This document shows positions 1-12,736 of a stretch of 64,000 nucleotides of DNA, in pieces (position 1 is the first letter of the stretch; every line of letters starts with the position of its first letter). The DNA is from Rhizaria sp. SCN 62-66 (lineage: Eukaryota): positions 1 through 64,000 of the forward strand of contig MEDY01000006.1 in assembly GCA_001724265.1 (NCBI GenBank), written 5' to 3'. Both the position numbers and the translations under genes were made by a program. Under the pieces are notes generated by a model, which was given only the letters and a program-made list of their open reading frames with translations, searched no databases and was not told where the DNA came from.

Positions 1-850
1 GTAGCGGGTGGGCATGATGTGCGCGGCGTTGATGTTCTTGACGAAGACCTTGATGGAGGACTTGCGCATGATGGTGGTCTTGCTCATGGTCTTGGAGACG
101 GCGCGGGGGGAGCGGATGAGGCCAGCAATGAGGGCGTGAGCGTAGGGACGCTTCTTGGTGGCAGCCTTGGCGGCAACCACGATAGCCTTCTTACCAGCGT
201 AGCGGCCGGCGAGGACGATAACAACCTTGCCCTGCTTGAGGCTAAACAGGTTGGGAAGAAGCGTAGCGTCGTAGAAGGGAAGAAAAGAGGAGGAAGTGTG
301 CGAGCAAAGGAAGAAGGACGGGAGAGAAGTGAGACGACAAGTGCTGGGATAGACGACGATAAGGTAAACGAAAAGTAGTGCGAATGGGCTTTGCACGAAG
401 CTCAAGCGCGTCCCCAAACGGATCAGCCTCGGGCAGGCCAGCATGGAGTAGTGCAGCGGCACCGGTACACGGTCGGAGAGGGTGAGAGCGAACATGACCA
501 GCCTAGCGGCAACCGAAAGAGCTGTGGAGTGTGGGTTGAGGAGACTCTCACTGCTGCGGGCAACGCATTCCTGAGCCGCGCGGGTGGTCGCGAGTGCACG
601 AGATGGAGTAAGGACGTCGTGGGAGAGACAAAAGTACATCCAGGAAAATGATATACCACGCGGCGATACGGTGCAGACGCGCGGGAGAGAGGGCCGGCAG
701 CGCGGTGGTTGAGGGACGGGGCTGGTGCTCTGGGGACGGTCCGCACTGCTTTCTCCAAACGTTTGGCAGGAGGGCTGGAAACCGAAGAATAAGGGTGTGG
801 ACAAGTGGGAAGATTCAAAAGCGAGGAATAGAGACGTACATCTTGACCAT
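1..850 (-). CDS. RPL27: 60S ribosomal protein eL27, 3' end runs off the window. Exons 850-840 and 241-<1; 598-nt intron 839-242
   Basis: Absent from the ORF track. Manual spliced translation MVKILKQGKVVIVLAGRYAGKKAIVV...RPYAHALIAGLIRSPRAVSKTMSKTTIMRKSSIKVFVKNINAAHIMPTRY matches the eL27 pattern (GKVVxVLxGRYxGxKA...HxMPTRY). Donor GTACGT, acceptor TTTAG. Confidence 0.95.
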
Positions 851-1372
851 TGTCGAAGCTCTGTCGTATATGAACAGCAAAGACGACTTTTGTGCGCCCC
901 ACCGTGATCACTCTCGCCCGCCAGCCCGGTGGCCAAAGTGCGACCTGCCCCCAATTACCCCAAATTAGAAATTGTGCCCACGGTCTCACCAGTCTGCGAG
1001 CCTCCAACCAGCCCACAGTCACCCAGCTGGCTGACCGTTCAAGTCGATTCATCGATCCTGTGACTGGAAGAGAAATGATGCTAGCAGCTTTGCGTTGGAC
1101 AGTAGGTGTGGACTTCTGCGTCCGTGCTATTGAAAAAGTGATTTGAATTTGTGAATTGTCGTACTCGAACGTTAATTTAAAATTTGATTATGCGACTTGT
1201 GCGGCATCTATTGTCCGCCAACGGACCACTTGGCGAAGGCGCATCGCACACAGCAAATTATGACGCTCCACGCCCCCGGCTCAAATGTTAAGTTCTCTCC
1301 CCTTTGCTTTTCTTCTGTGCGCGTGCCATTTGCAGACACCTCCCGTGAGGTCTTGTTATACACCCCCACACG

Positions 1373-4300
1373 ATGTCGCGCTCTAAGGGCCTCTGGGTTT
1401 TCGAGCAAACCGTCGACTTCTTTTCCGAGTACGACCTCGGTCGCAAGCTCGGCGGCGGTGCTTATGGTACGTCCTGTCCTTTCTACATCGCTTTGCTCGC
1501 GTTTCACATCTCTGTGGTACATTCCACTTGCAATATAAACCAGTTTCACTGCTTAACTGCGCTTCGGCAATTTGTTTCGCCCACCTCCGACGCCGCACCA
1601 TCCCCTCCCTCTCCACTCTCACCAACTCTTTTCCCTTTGCCTCGGCTCTGCTCCTGTCTATCTCTCCACGTAATCCTTATCGGCACTCCTAGGTCGCGTC
1701 TACGAGGCGATCCACAAGTTGACGGGCGACGTGCGCGCCGTCAAGACGATTCAGAAGGCCCATTTCAAGGCCGAGCTCGACCTGTTCCGGCACGAAATCT
1801 CAATCATGCAGAAACTGGACCACCCGTCGCTGGTCAAGTTCTACGGCTTCTACGAGTCGCCTAAGCTGCTCTTCATGGTCATGGAGCTGTGCGAGGGCGG
1901 CGAACTGTTCGACTTTATGCGGCGCAAGTTCGCCCCGCGCGGCTGCCTGCACAAGTGCGCGCCGTGCTGCCTCACGCTCTGCGGGCGCATCCGTCCCGAG
2001 ATCTACTCGGAGCAGCAGGTCTCGGTCTGGCTCAAGAAGGTCTGCGAAGGGCTCGCCTACGTGCACAGCCGCCGCATCGTGCACGCCGACATTAAGCCGC
2101 AGAATATCATGCTGAAGCGTCCCTCGTGTGACGCCCGCGGCATCGCCACAGCCACTGCGGAAGACATCCGCATCATCGACTTCGGCCTGGCGTCCGTGGT
2201 CAAGAAGAAGCACCTCGTGCGCGGGCAGGATGGCACGCCTGAGTTCATGGCGCCCGAGGTTGTCAAGGGCAAGTACACCTTCCACTCAGACATGTGGTCC
2301 TTCGGCGTGCTCATCTTCACCATGCTGTGCGGCTTCTCCCCGTTCTGGACGACCTCAGTGTACGACACGTACCACCTCATCGTCGACCACGGCTTCCTGC
2401 CCGATGCGCCCACGCCCGGCTTTGGCAACTCGTTCCCGTCCTACGTCACGCTATCGCCGCTCGCCAAGGACCTCATCATCCGCCTCCTCCGACCCGACCC
2501 CGTGGAGCGGCTGTCGGCCACAGAGGCGCTGCAGCACCCCTGGTTCACGCGGGCCTCTTCGCGCCCGCTCACGGCGCCCACGCTGCGCGGCATCGAGGGC
2601 TACGCCGAGCGCTCGCGCCTTTACGGACTCGTCATGGGCATGCTGCTCGAGACGGTGACCGACGAAGACCTGGAGGAGTGGAAGCAGCAGATGCCACACA
2701 TCGCCGTCACCGACGACAAGGTCACTTACCAGCGCCTTAACACGCTGCTGCACCCCGCCGACGGCCGCAACCCGCTGGCATCTGAGCTCCTGTCCCCAGT
2801 CTCGGCCGCGCCGCCCTCCGCCGGGCCCCAGCGGCTCTCGCAGACGCCCGCGACCGCGTCGCGCTCGCTCTTTCCGCGCGGCAACGGCGCCAATAACAAC
2901 AACAACAATAATAACTCGTCGTACCGCGACCTGGCCTCCGCGTCCGCGTCCGCGGTCCCTGGCGAAGATCCGCTCGCGCGTCCCGTTATGGCCCGCCAGC
3001 TGACCGGGCTCGGCCTGAGCGCCAGCGCCAGCTCCGCGCGCGGCGGCGCCAGCAGCAGCGGCGGCGCGGGCGGGCTGCCGCTGTCGGCGTCGACGGACCG
3101 CGCCGCGCTGTCGCTGCGTGACATGCTCGTGGCCACGCTCGAGCAGAAGCTGCTCGCCAAGGAGGAGCGCGTGTGGTCCGCGTTTGACCGCATGGACCGA
3201 GACCGCAACGGCGTGCTGTCGGCCGAGGAGCTCGCCGCGGGGCTCAAGGTGCCGCTCCGCGTGGCGCAGCAGATTGTGGCCGACGCGGACCAGAACGGCG
3301 ACGGATTCATCGACCTGGACGAGTTCGTCGACCAGTTCCTCCCGGAGGACGGCGCCGTCGCCGGCGGCAGGCGCCGAGGCGCCAAGCCGCCGCCACCCCG
3401 CATGCGTGAACCGTTCCCGAAGCCGCGCCCGCCGCCGGTGGCTTTGGTGGCGGCCGCGGCGGGCGGCGCAGCGGGCGACAAGCCGATCCCGCGCGCGCAC
3501 CCTGCGGCCGAGGTCGGCCGCGCCTCGCACCTGGTGCCGCCTCGTGCCGAGGACTCGCCCGCCTCGTCAGTATCGAGCTACAACGCGGGCGGCGTGCGGA
3601 CGCCCTCGCCGACCGACGCCGTGGCGCACCCCAACATGCACGCCACCGCGGCCGCCGGCGTCGTGACCGTGGGCACCATGGCGAGCATTGGGGAGGGCGA
3701 CATCGACCTCTCCGGACTCGGGCCCGCGACGGACTCAGCTGCCAGCGCTGGCGCCGGCACCGGCACCGGCACCGACAGCGCGGGCGCAGGCACGGTGACC
3801 GTGGCCGTGGTGGGCGTGGACGGCGTGCCGACGCACGGGGCCACGCCCACGGTTACGCTGCCGCCGCACGGCGCGCAGGGGCTGTTGCACCCCGCGGGGA
3901 CGCACGGGCACGCGTACGCACACTCGCCCAGCAGTGCGCTGCAACACCCCACGTCGGTGCTCATCTCAGCCTCCTCGCCCTCGTCCTCGTCCTCCTCCTC
4001 GGCCTCTGCGGAGGCCGCACTGGGCGACTCGAGTAGCAGCAGCAGCGCCGGCACTGTGCCGAACACGCTCAACGCCAACACAGGCGCTGGCGCTGGCGCT
4101 GGGACTGCGGGTGCACAGCCCATCACGCCCGCGAGCATCCAGATCCTCGTCGGCTCGCCCCCCATGGGCGCCTCCCGAACCGCTGCCGGCAACAACAGCA
4201 ACAGCACCGCAGCGACCTCCGCCACCGGCGACTCGCCGTCGATGCGGCCGTGGTCCTTCTTCCCCGCGGTCGCCAACGTCGCCGGCGCACCCCGCGGCCC

Positions 4301-5176
4301 CAGCGCCGACTCGAGCCCGCCGCTGTTCCCCACCGGCGCCGGCTCCGTGCCCTCGACCGCGCCGGGCGCCGCGGCGGCAAACAACAGCAACATCAATACC
4401 GGTCTGCCGTCGCTCGCGTCGCTGTCGCTGTCGACTTCCGCGGCCCCCGCCGCCGCCTCGGCGCCCGTGTCGACCGCGGCGGCACACCCCGCCAACTACG
4501 GCTCCACGGAGATGATCCGCGGCGAGACCTTTACCTCGGGCGCCGTCGCCACGGCGTTCGACCTCCTGCCCTCGCTCATGTCGCCCATTGACGCTGAGCG
4601 CCAGCGCGCCGCCGTGTACGACAGCGGCTCGCTGCGCGGCGTCGTCGGCTCGCTCTCGCAGAAGTTCGCGGCGCAGGCGCGCGCCAGCGGGGCGGGCCCC
4701 GCGCTCGCGCTGCCCAACAGCAATGCCGGCGCCATGGGCGCGGGCGCAGGCGCAGGCGCGGCGCGTGGTTCGGGCTCCATCCTCGGCTCTGGTAGCGCGG
4801 CTGCGAGCGCAGGCCGTCCGCCTCGGCCGCCGGCCCGGGGCTCGGCATTCGCACCAGGCACCGGCGCCGGCGCGAAGCCCGCGGGCGCGTACACGCGCGT
4901 GCCGGACCAGGGTAGCAGCCGCGACGCGACGCCCGAGATCGTGGCCGCGGCCGCACCCGCCAACCCCGGTGCGGCCGCCGCTAGCGCTGGCGCGGGCGGC
5001 GACGCGGTGCACGAGTTCAGCCACAGCCACGGCCTGACCGAAGACGACGAGGACGAGGAGGACGGGCACGCCGACGACGCCGAGGTCCTCGCCGCGCAAC
5101 GCGGGGCTCTGCGGTCCGCGCCGGGCTGGCGGCCCTCTGCCACCGCCGCAGCGGGCAAGCAGACGAGCAGCTACAC

Positions 5177-5207
<31 letters not shown>

Positions 5208-5558
5208 GGTTCTAACTCGATTGTCGGCGCCGCCCCCAGCGCTGGGGCGCGCCGCGACTCGCTCCAGGCGCAGAAGGAGGCCTTTGCGGCGCGCACCCGC
5301 GACGAAGAGGACGCGCAGCGTGTGCGGCTTAACTTCGCGCGCGAGGCCGCTGAGATGCTTAAGGCGTCGGCAGTGCACCAGAACTCGCCCCACGTGCCCG
5401 CGCGCGGCTTGACTTCTGGGACTGGGAATGGGGCCGCGCTCGCGGTCACTGACGGCGGCGGCAATGGCGCGCGGGTGGGTCAGGGTCTCGGCTCGGGGCG
5501 CGGCGCCATGGGCACCACCGCAGGCACGGTGGACCTGATTCCTGATGACGACAACTAA
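1373..5558 (+). CDS. Calcium-dependent protein kinase (CDPK)-like: kinase domain, EF-hand pair and a very long low-complexity C-terminal tail. Exons 1373-1466, 1693-5558
   Basis: Splicing GTACGT...CCTAG rebuilds the G-loop LGGGAYG|RVY. Motifs AVK, MELCEGGELFD, HADIKPQN, DFG, GTPEFMAPE, DMWSFG; EF loops DRDRNGVLSAEE and DQNGDGFIDLDE. Ends TAA. Confidence 0.9.
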
Positions 5559-6409
5559 ACGAAAACGATGATTGTACCGACCGACACGTGACTGTATCGA
5601 GCAAACTGATTTCTACAGACGTCCCTTTTTTAGCAACTGTCACACTGCTAGAACGGCGGTTTGGCCACCTTGAATCAAGATTTTTGCCAGATTCTATTTG
5701 TTTCTGTTTCTGCTCTGTGTTGATGATATCTATTGTTTTGTTTTCAAGTCTTTCTACGTTAATGGCGACAATTCACACGCAACAACGAATATGGTCGACT
5801 GACTTATCTCGGCTTTTCGGTTGCGTCTTGCATTAGCACGAAGTTTACCTAGTTCTTATTTTAATCCACGTGTGATGTATGTTTACATCAAAGATCAGTG
5901 TATGCATTGCTAAACCAAATACACTGCCATGATTTGCTTATCCTTCGAGCATCACGGCGAGATGCGTGGTAACATCCTCTGCGTTCATTCAAGATATATC
6001 GCTCAAATAAAAGGTGAACAATATGATGTCACGAAATAATGTCTGTCAAGCCGTAACTAACATCATTTCGCGTTCACAACTTGCATGTTTGCGACTGCAG
6101 AGAAATAAATGCTGCTATGCGTGCAAAGTGAATGGGGCAACTCGACAGCGACCACAAACCAAAAAATCAGCTAGCCGCGGCGGACTTTGCTCGGCCGAGA
6201 AAATGCTGATATAACTCAACCGATCGGCCGTAAACCGTGTTGCCGCATATATTGCAGGTAATTATAAGACGTATACTAACTGAATATAACTCCGCATTTG
6301 CTGCCGATCTTGTCTCTTTTCTTCCCGGACAGGTCGCATTTTTCCTGCCTCCCTGTTGTGTCGTCGCTGCCCGCCTGGATCGCTTTTCGCTTCTTGCCGC
6401 CGCACCCTC

Positions 6410-8107
6410 ATGTCTTCCGTCACCGTCGGCTCCGTGACGATCGGCCCTGCGTCTTACGACACGCAGGTCTGGCGCCCCACTCTCTCCGCGCCCCTCGTAT
6501 GCCCCACGCCGCCTCCCAGTGCCGCTGCATGTGGCTCCACCGCCACGACCACTGATTCTTCGTCGTCTTCAGCTGCAGTCGCTACCTCTGCTGCGTACCC
6601 GGCCCCCTGCCCCGCGCCCGCGTCCCTCGCCGACGCCTTTGCGTCCCTGCCCATCCCGGACGTCTCCTCGCTGCGCGCGCAGCTCTCGGCCCCCGCGCAG
6701 CTCCTGCGCGACGGTGAGACGATCGCTTTCCCTACCGAGACCGTCTACGGGCTCGGCGCCAACACCTACGCCGACGCCGCCATCTCCAAGATTTACGCCG
6801 CCAAGGGCCGCCCCAGCGACAACCCGTTGATTGTGCACGTGGCCACGCCGGCGCAGCTTGCCGCGCTCACCCCCGAGTCCGCGCTGTCGCCCATTGCGCT
6901 CCGGCTCATTAAGGCCTTCTGGCCCGGCCCGCTCACGCTCGTGCTCCGCGACGCCGGTCGCGCGTGCCCCCGTGTTACCGCCGGGCTGGACACGGTTGCC
7001 GTGCGCATGCCCGCGCACCCCCTCGCGCTCGCGCTCATCCTGGAGGCCGACCTGCCACTCGCGGCGCCCTCGGCTAACGCGTCGGGCAGGCCCTCGCCGA
7101 CGACGGCGGCGCATGTGCTCGAGGACCTCCGCGGCCGCATCGCCGGCGTCGTCGATGGCGCCGCGGTCCCCAGCTCCGCAGCCACTGCAAAGCCGGCTGC
7201 TGCTGTAAGCACGAGTGCGAGTGGTGGGCCCCACGAAGATGCGAATGGTGACGATGACGACGCGGTGGAGTGCGCCTACGGCGTCGAGTCGACCGTGCTC
7301 GACATCTCCCACTTGCCCGCGACCCAGGACGTCGACCTGCGGGACTTCGCCTCCCCAGCCCACGGCGCCTCGCAGCCGCCTCTGGCGTTCATCCTGCGGC
7401 CCGGAGGCGCGACCCTGCGTCAGATCGAGGCCGTGATCGGCCCCGGCCGCGTCACCTACGACCCCGCGCTGCTGCTCGACGCCGCCGCCATCGACTCCGC
7501 CTCGCGCGGCGCAAATGGCGACGGCAGTGCGTGTGACGCCACGGGCAGCGAGCTTGCGGTGGCGCCCCGGGCCGAGGGCGCGGCGCCGTCGCTGGGTGGT
7601 GTCGCAGAGGGGCTCGCCCCGCGTTCCCCGGGCATGAAGTACACGCACTACGCCCCGCGCGCGCCGTTGTACCTCGTCGTCCCCTCATCATCCTCATCGT
7701 CCTCAGCAAGCGCGTGCCTTAACGCGAGCTCTAACGGTAGCTCTGTGACCGTGAGTGCCGTAGAGGGCTTGGTGGCGCACGCACGCGCCGCCGCGGCCCG
7801 CGGGCTGACGGTGGGCGTGCTGACGACCCGCGAGGCCCTTTCCGCGCAGGCGCCCGTGGGCGCGCTGGCCGCCGAGCTGGGCGCAGACAAGCTCGTCGCG
7901 CTGTCCTGTGGGTCGCGCGCCGACCTCATGTCCGTCGCCGCGAAGCTGTATGATGCGCTGCGCACGTTCGACCAGCGCGGCGTTGACGTGATCTTCTCGG
8001 AGACGTTTTCGCACGACGAGCTAGGGGCGGCGGTGATGAACAGGCTGATCAAGAGCAGCGGCGGCAAAGTGCTGTCCGCGGTTGCGGCCGTCAATCTTGC
8101 CAAGTGA
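6410..8107 (+). CDS. SUA5: Threonylcarbamoyl-AMP synthase (Sua5/YrdC family, t6A37 biosynthesis) with the C-terminal Sua5 domain
   Basis: Motifs AFPTETVYGLGA, KGRPSDNPLIVH, FWPGPLT, APSANASGRPSPT, GVESTV, ILRPG, PGMKYTHYAP, AVMNRL. First ATG at 6410; ends TGA. Confidence 0.95.
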   Translation: MSSVTVGSVTIGPASYDTQVWRPTLSAPLVCPTPPPSAAACGSTATTTDSSSSSAAVATSAAYPAPCPAPASLADAFASLPIPDVSSLRAQLSAPAQLLRDGETIAFPTETVYGLGANTYADAAISKIYAAKGRPSDNPLIVHVATPAQLAALTPESALSPIALRLIKAFWPGPLTLVLRDAGRACPRVTAGLDTVAVRMPAHPLALALILEADLPLAAPSANASGRPSPTTAAHVLEDLRGRIAGVVDGAAVPSSAATAKPAAAVSTSASGGPHEDANGDDDDAVECAYGVESTVLDISHLPATQDVDLRDFASPAHGASQPPLAFILRPGGATLRQIEAVIGPGRVTYDPALLLDAAAIDSASRGANGDGSACDATGSELAVAPRAEGAAPSLGGVAEGLAPRSPGMKYTHYAPRAPLYLVVPSSSSSSSASACLNASSNGSSVTVSAVEGLVAHARAAAARGLTVGVLTTREALSAQAPVGALAAELGADKLVALSCGSRADLMSVAAKLYDALRTFDQRGVDVIFSETFSHDELGAAVMNRLIKSSGGKVLSAVAAVNLAK

Positions 8108-8816
8108 ATGGCGAGTGACTGTAGCTTAAAATGCGTATGATGCGAATTATGTTACTCTTTCATTAGCTGTGGATATGAAGGCCATGTGATCTACAAGTAT
8201 GCTGTGTATTGATGTTTAATACATACGTTAAGGATTAGTTTGAAAGTGTATTGACTTTTGATGGCTTTGAGTGACTACTAGGTATCCAAAGGGTTGTTGA
8301 GAACAAAAAAAGCAAATTTGAACAGACAAAACAAAGAAAAAGAGGAAAGAATGAGACCAAGACAGGCAGAATTATGATGCCTTGCGTCTCGCTCTCGCTC
8401 TCTGGTGCAATAAATGTACTTTGAGTTGTGTCGTGAAGCGAGTGACTCTGACTCTTGGCACTGGCCCCTCAACACAAACTCAAACTGTGACGATTATGAG
8501 CGCCGGACACGGCAGCGCCGGACACGGAGATGTGAGAGAGCGAGTTTGGAGTGGAAAGAAAGTCGAGTTGATAAAGCACAAGAAGGGAAAATGGTGACAT
8601 ACTCGACTTATTTAGAAATACGATAAAAGAAAAGCAAAACAAAATACAAACCAGGAAAGCACCAGGAAAACAAAAACAAAACAGCGTTATGTGTCGAAAC
8701 AACGCGACATTTACACAGCAGAATTTAGCATGACGGCACAACGATACGAGTCACACGATTAGTCACGTAGTGTACTCGTAATCTATCGCAGAGCCTCCAC
8801 CGCAGCATTCAGCCAC

Positions 8817-11800
8817 TCACCAGGCCGGCTTCAAATGTCCGACGGCAGGCCTCTCGCCCCCCGCGGCCCTCTTGCTGCCGCCGTGGCCGCCGCTGCTGCT
8901 CGACGCCTTGGTCGTCGTCATGCCACCCTTGCCGCCCTCGCTGCTGTTGCTGTGGCCGTACATGGAGCGCGACAGGGTGCTCTGCACCACGGGCGGCGGA
9001 GGCAAGTGCACCTTGCCAGACTTGTTGTTGGCCGGCACCTCACGGTACGCAGACTGCAGCGCGGCGTTGCGCGCCGGTGAGCTCCCGTTGCCGTTGTTCG
9101 TGGCGTGGCGGCGCACAGGCGCAGCGGCGCCAGAGCCGGAGCCGGAGCCGGAGTTAGCGCTTGACAATGAGGAGGACGCAGAGGCGGAGTTAGCGCCAGT
9201 GTTGGGGAACGGGCCCACATTAAGCCCGTACGCACTCGCATCGTTGGCGTTGCCGCCGTTGTTGCCGCTAGGGTAGTTGTACTGGCTGGAGCTAAACGCG
9301 GGGTGCTGCTGCTGTTGCTGCTGCTGCTGCTGGCTGTTGTTGCTGTAGTCGTCGCTGTTGGTGTACTCGTTGGTGTTGTTGCCCTCAGTGAAGCCGTCGT
9401 TATCGTACTCGTTGCTGCTGGCACGAGAGCCGTTATTGTTGTTGCTATTGTTAGCCACCGGTGAGGTATAGAGATACTCGACCTCGCCGTCGCCGCTGCT
9501 CGTGTTGTTCTTGTGACCCTGCTGCTGCTGATCGCTCTACAGCTGCTGCGGTTGCTGGTGCTGGTAGGTTGGCCCACGCCCGCTGTTGCCGCCGTTGCCG
9601 CTGGCGCCCTGGTTGTTGCCGTTGTTGGGGTAGCGCAGCGAATACGCCTGCGCGGCCAACGGCGCGCCGCCGCCGGCGCTGCTGCTGGCGGTTGTCGTGG
9701 TGGTGCGCAGCGGGGCCGAGAACAGAGCCTGGCCTGGCGCGGGCGCCGAGAGCGCGCCGCCGCTGCCTCTGCTGCCGCCGCGGCTGGCCCCGCCGCGGCC
9801 GCTCGCGCCCGGCACGGCGGGCAGCGCGTAGGAGTCGCTGCTCGTGGCATTCCCGTTGCCGCTGTTGTTCGTGATCGCAGGGTACTGCTGCTGCTGACCG
9901 TTACCGCCGCGCAACTGCTGCTGCTGGTGTTGCGCGGGGCGGGAGCCGGGGCGCTGGCCCGGGCGCGTCTGGCCGCCCGCGCGGGCGCCGCCGGCCGCAG
10001 TGCCAACGCGCTTCTGTTGCGACTGCGACTGCTGGGACGGCTGCTGGCCGGCGCCGGAGTGCGTGTACCCGTTGGCCGCGAGGCTCTCAGGCGGCGCCAT
10101 GACGAGCGCCTGCATGCCGGGCGGCAACTGCGTGGCCAGGCGGGCCGTCTCGCCGCGCTGCCGGTGCGCGAGACAGTTCTGCAGGTTGCTGAAGCGCTGG
10201 ATGAAGCGATCCAGGTCCTTCTGCCGGCGCCGCAGCAGGCGCGCGCGTGCGGCCTCGACTCGCTGCAGCATCGCAGCCACTTCGGCGCGCTGCTGCGCGA
10301 CGACCTTCTGCTTCAGCAGCGCGAGCCGGACTTCGTTGTCCTCGCGGATCGAGCTGCGCTCGCGCGACTCAACAGCGTCGGCCTTGAGCTTGGCGCGGTG
10401 CGCCTCGAGGAAGTCCTTGGCCTTGGCCAGCGAGGCCTCGATCTTGCGCATCTGGAGCAGGTCGCGGGAGAAGCGGGGCCGAGACTCGAGCTTCATGTCC
10501 AGGTCGTCGAGCTCCTTCTGCATGTCGTCCTCGTGTTTCTGCTGCAGCTCGTACGCGGCCACCTCAATGCGGCCCTCGAAGTCGCGGATGCGCTCCGTCC
10601 ACACGGCGTCGAACGCGGCCATCTCGCTCGCGTGCGCGCCCTGGAGCTCGATCTGCTCCGTCACGTGGCGCTGTCGCAGCATCTCCAGCTGGCGCTGCGC
10701 CTCGTGCGTCTTGAGCTCCTGCAGCCGCTTCTTGGCGATCTCGGCCTCCAGGTACAGACTCTTCTTCTCGCAGTCCTTGAGGTATGCCTCGAGCACCGAG
10801 ATGAACTCTTTCACGGCCGCCGCGTCCGGGTCGCTCACGGTCGTCCCCACGCCGCCAGTGCTGTTCGCGCCAGAGCCGGAGCCTCCCGAGCCGGAGGACT
10901 GGGTCTGACCAGGCTGGTATGCGTTCTCGGAGCGGCCCAGGTAAGGGCGGACGCCGGTGAAGGCGCCGGTGCCGGGGCCCTGGAGGAACTGCCGTGGTGC
11001 GACAGCCGACGTGGTGTCGTCTGCGAGGTACATGTGGAGGTTCTGTGAGTATTCCTCCGAGCCCGCCACGCCCCAGGGCTGCAGCGCGCCGTTGTTCTGC
11101 GACTTGTTGTGCTCGTCGTCGTCGTCGTCGTTGTAGTCGCCGTCGGTGGTGCCGTAGTGGCTGTATTCGTCCACCGCGGTGGTGTTATCAGCTCCGTTGT
11201 TGCCGTGAGCGGCCGCAGCGGGGTCGACGACCGCGGTCGAGGAAGAGCTCGCGCCTGCATTCGAGTCAGACTGCTGCTGTTGCTGTTGCTGTGGCTCATG
11301 GGGCGCGTCGCGGGCGCTGGCGCGAGCGCTGTGGTGCCCGCTGTTGTCGCGTCCGCTCGCGCCGTGGTGCTGGTTGCCGTCGTGGACAGAGCGTGCCGAC
11401 TGGGCGGGCGACGCGTGCTGCGACCGCGGGGCGGCGGGCGCCTCGTCGCGCTGGCTAGCGCGGGCGCTGGTGTTGCCGCTACTACCCTGCACATGAGCAT
11501 GTGCAGCGGCCGACACAGCAGGGGCGGCGGCGCTGTTGTTGTCGCTGGCGCTGGCGCGCGCTCTAGGCTGTGCGCTGTGGGGGTCGCCGCTGTGGCTGTT
11601 GTTCATCGTCGCGTTGTCGTCCATGGCGGCAGCGGCAGCGAGCTCTGCCTGAATGCTGCGGGTCAGGTGGTTGTTATCGTCGTTCTGGTCGTCAACGCGG
11701 CGCGCGCCGGTGGGCAGGGAAGGAGCAGTGTACTCCGGCCCCGCGTTACCCGCGCCAGCAGCACTGTGGGCGTTGGCGTTGCCCGCCGCAGCAGGCGCAG

Positions 11801-12089
11801 GGGACGGCTGGTGTGCATGAGATGCAGATGCAGCGGCAGCAGGAGCTACGGCAAGACGGTCGGCCTCAGAGGTCCCCGTGCGCGCGGTTGCGGGCTGCTC
11901 CGAGACGAACGGGTCATCCGCACCGGCGTCGGCGTCGAATGCGAGCGGGCGCGGGAAAGCGACCTGGACCTGGTCCTCCTGGTCCTGCTCCTGCGGTTGG
12001 GGGTCGTGGTGGGGGTGGGCGGCGGCGCCGTCACCTGCGCTCGCGCCGGTGAGCGCGGACGGCCGAGCGGCTTCCGCACTGACAGACAT
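8817..12089 (-). CDS. Coiled-coil protein (~1090 aa) with low-complexity flanks; single CDS containing an in-frame TAG at 9539-9537
   Basis: ORFs 9537..12089 and 8817..9458 are in the same frame and separated only by one TAG (QQPQQL*SDQQQQGHK). Central helical domain EFISVLEAYLKDCE...YLEAEIAKKRLQEL...RFSRDLLQMRKIEASLAKAKDFLEAH resembles, from memory, an uncharacterised family of flagellated protists. Ends ...HLKPAW-TGA. Confidence 0.75.
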
Positions 12090-12736
12090 GCGCTACAAAG
12101 AGAAGAGGGTGCAAGCAAATAAGAGGGGGTGGCAGTTAGAAAGACGTCTTGTGGCGCTCTGGGGGTGATTGATAGGAAGGCAGGCGAAGTGGCGATACAG
12201 TCGCAAGATGGGGCAAAAGCCATGCGTATATAGCCGGCCATTTGGTACCAGCGCGATAGCTAAAGTCATGAATAGATCGACCATGCGCTTGATACCACGA
12301 TATTTAAAGGATATATCCCAGCAACGTTGGATAGACCGAGTTATCTCGCCTGCCAGCACCGCCGCCGGTTACTTTACCTTCTGCCGGCTTGCCTTCGGTC
12401 GGTCAACGTCGGTCAGTCGGTTACCAAACACTGCAGCGGACCACGGTCACCTTGTGGGTTGAGAGCCGTTGGGATCGGGGAGCAGAGGAGGCACATTGCC
12501 GTTTTTGCAAAACCACTGAATACTCCGTGTATGCACCGTGTTGTCTTAACTCACTTGCATATTTCAATTTAACCGTACATTTGGTATTTCAATAACGAAA
12601 GATATTTGCATATAGTGCTTACTTACCGACATTTTTTCATGTATTCATTAGGTCAGGTTTCACAGGTTTCCTCGTCATCCACAACGTTTCGTCGTTCGAG
12701 CTGCTGCACCTTGGTGTCTCAACCAGTGCTTCCCAA

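Noticed and set aside
19-378. 119-aa plus-strand ORF
   Set aside because: Antisense shadow of RPL27 exon 2 and part of its intron.
8499-8527. Short direct repeat AGCGCCGGACACGG x2
   Set aside because: A two-copy slippage duplication in a 3' spacer with no further copies noticed.
8817-9458. Separate 213-aa gene, and likewise 33028..35895 and 47056..47625 as independent genes
   Set aside because: They begin at non-ATG codons, have no AT-rich spacer upstream, and are in frame with the preceding ORF across a single TAG.
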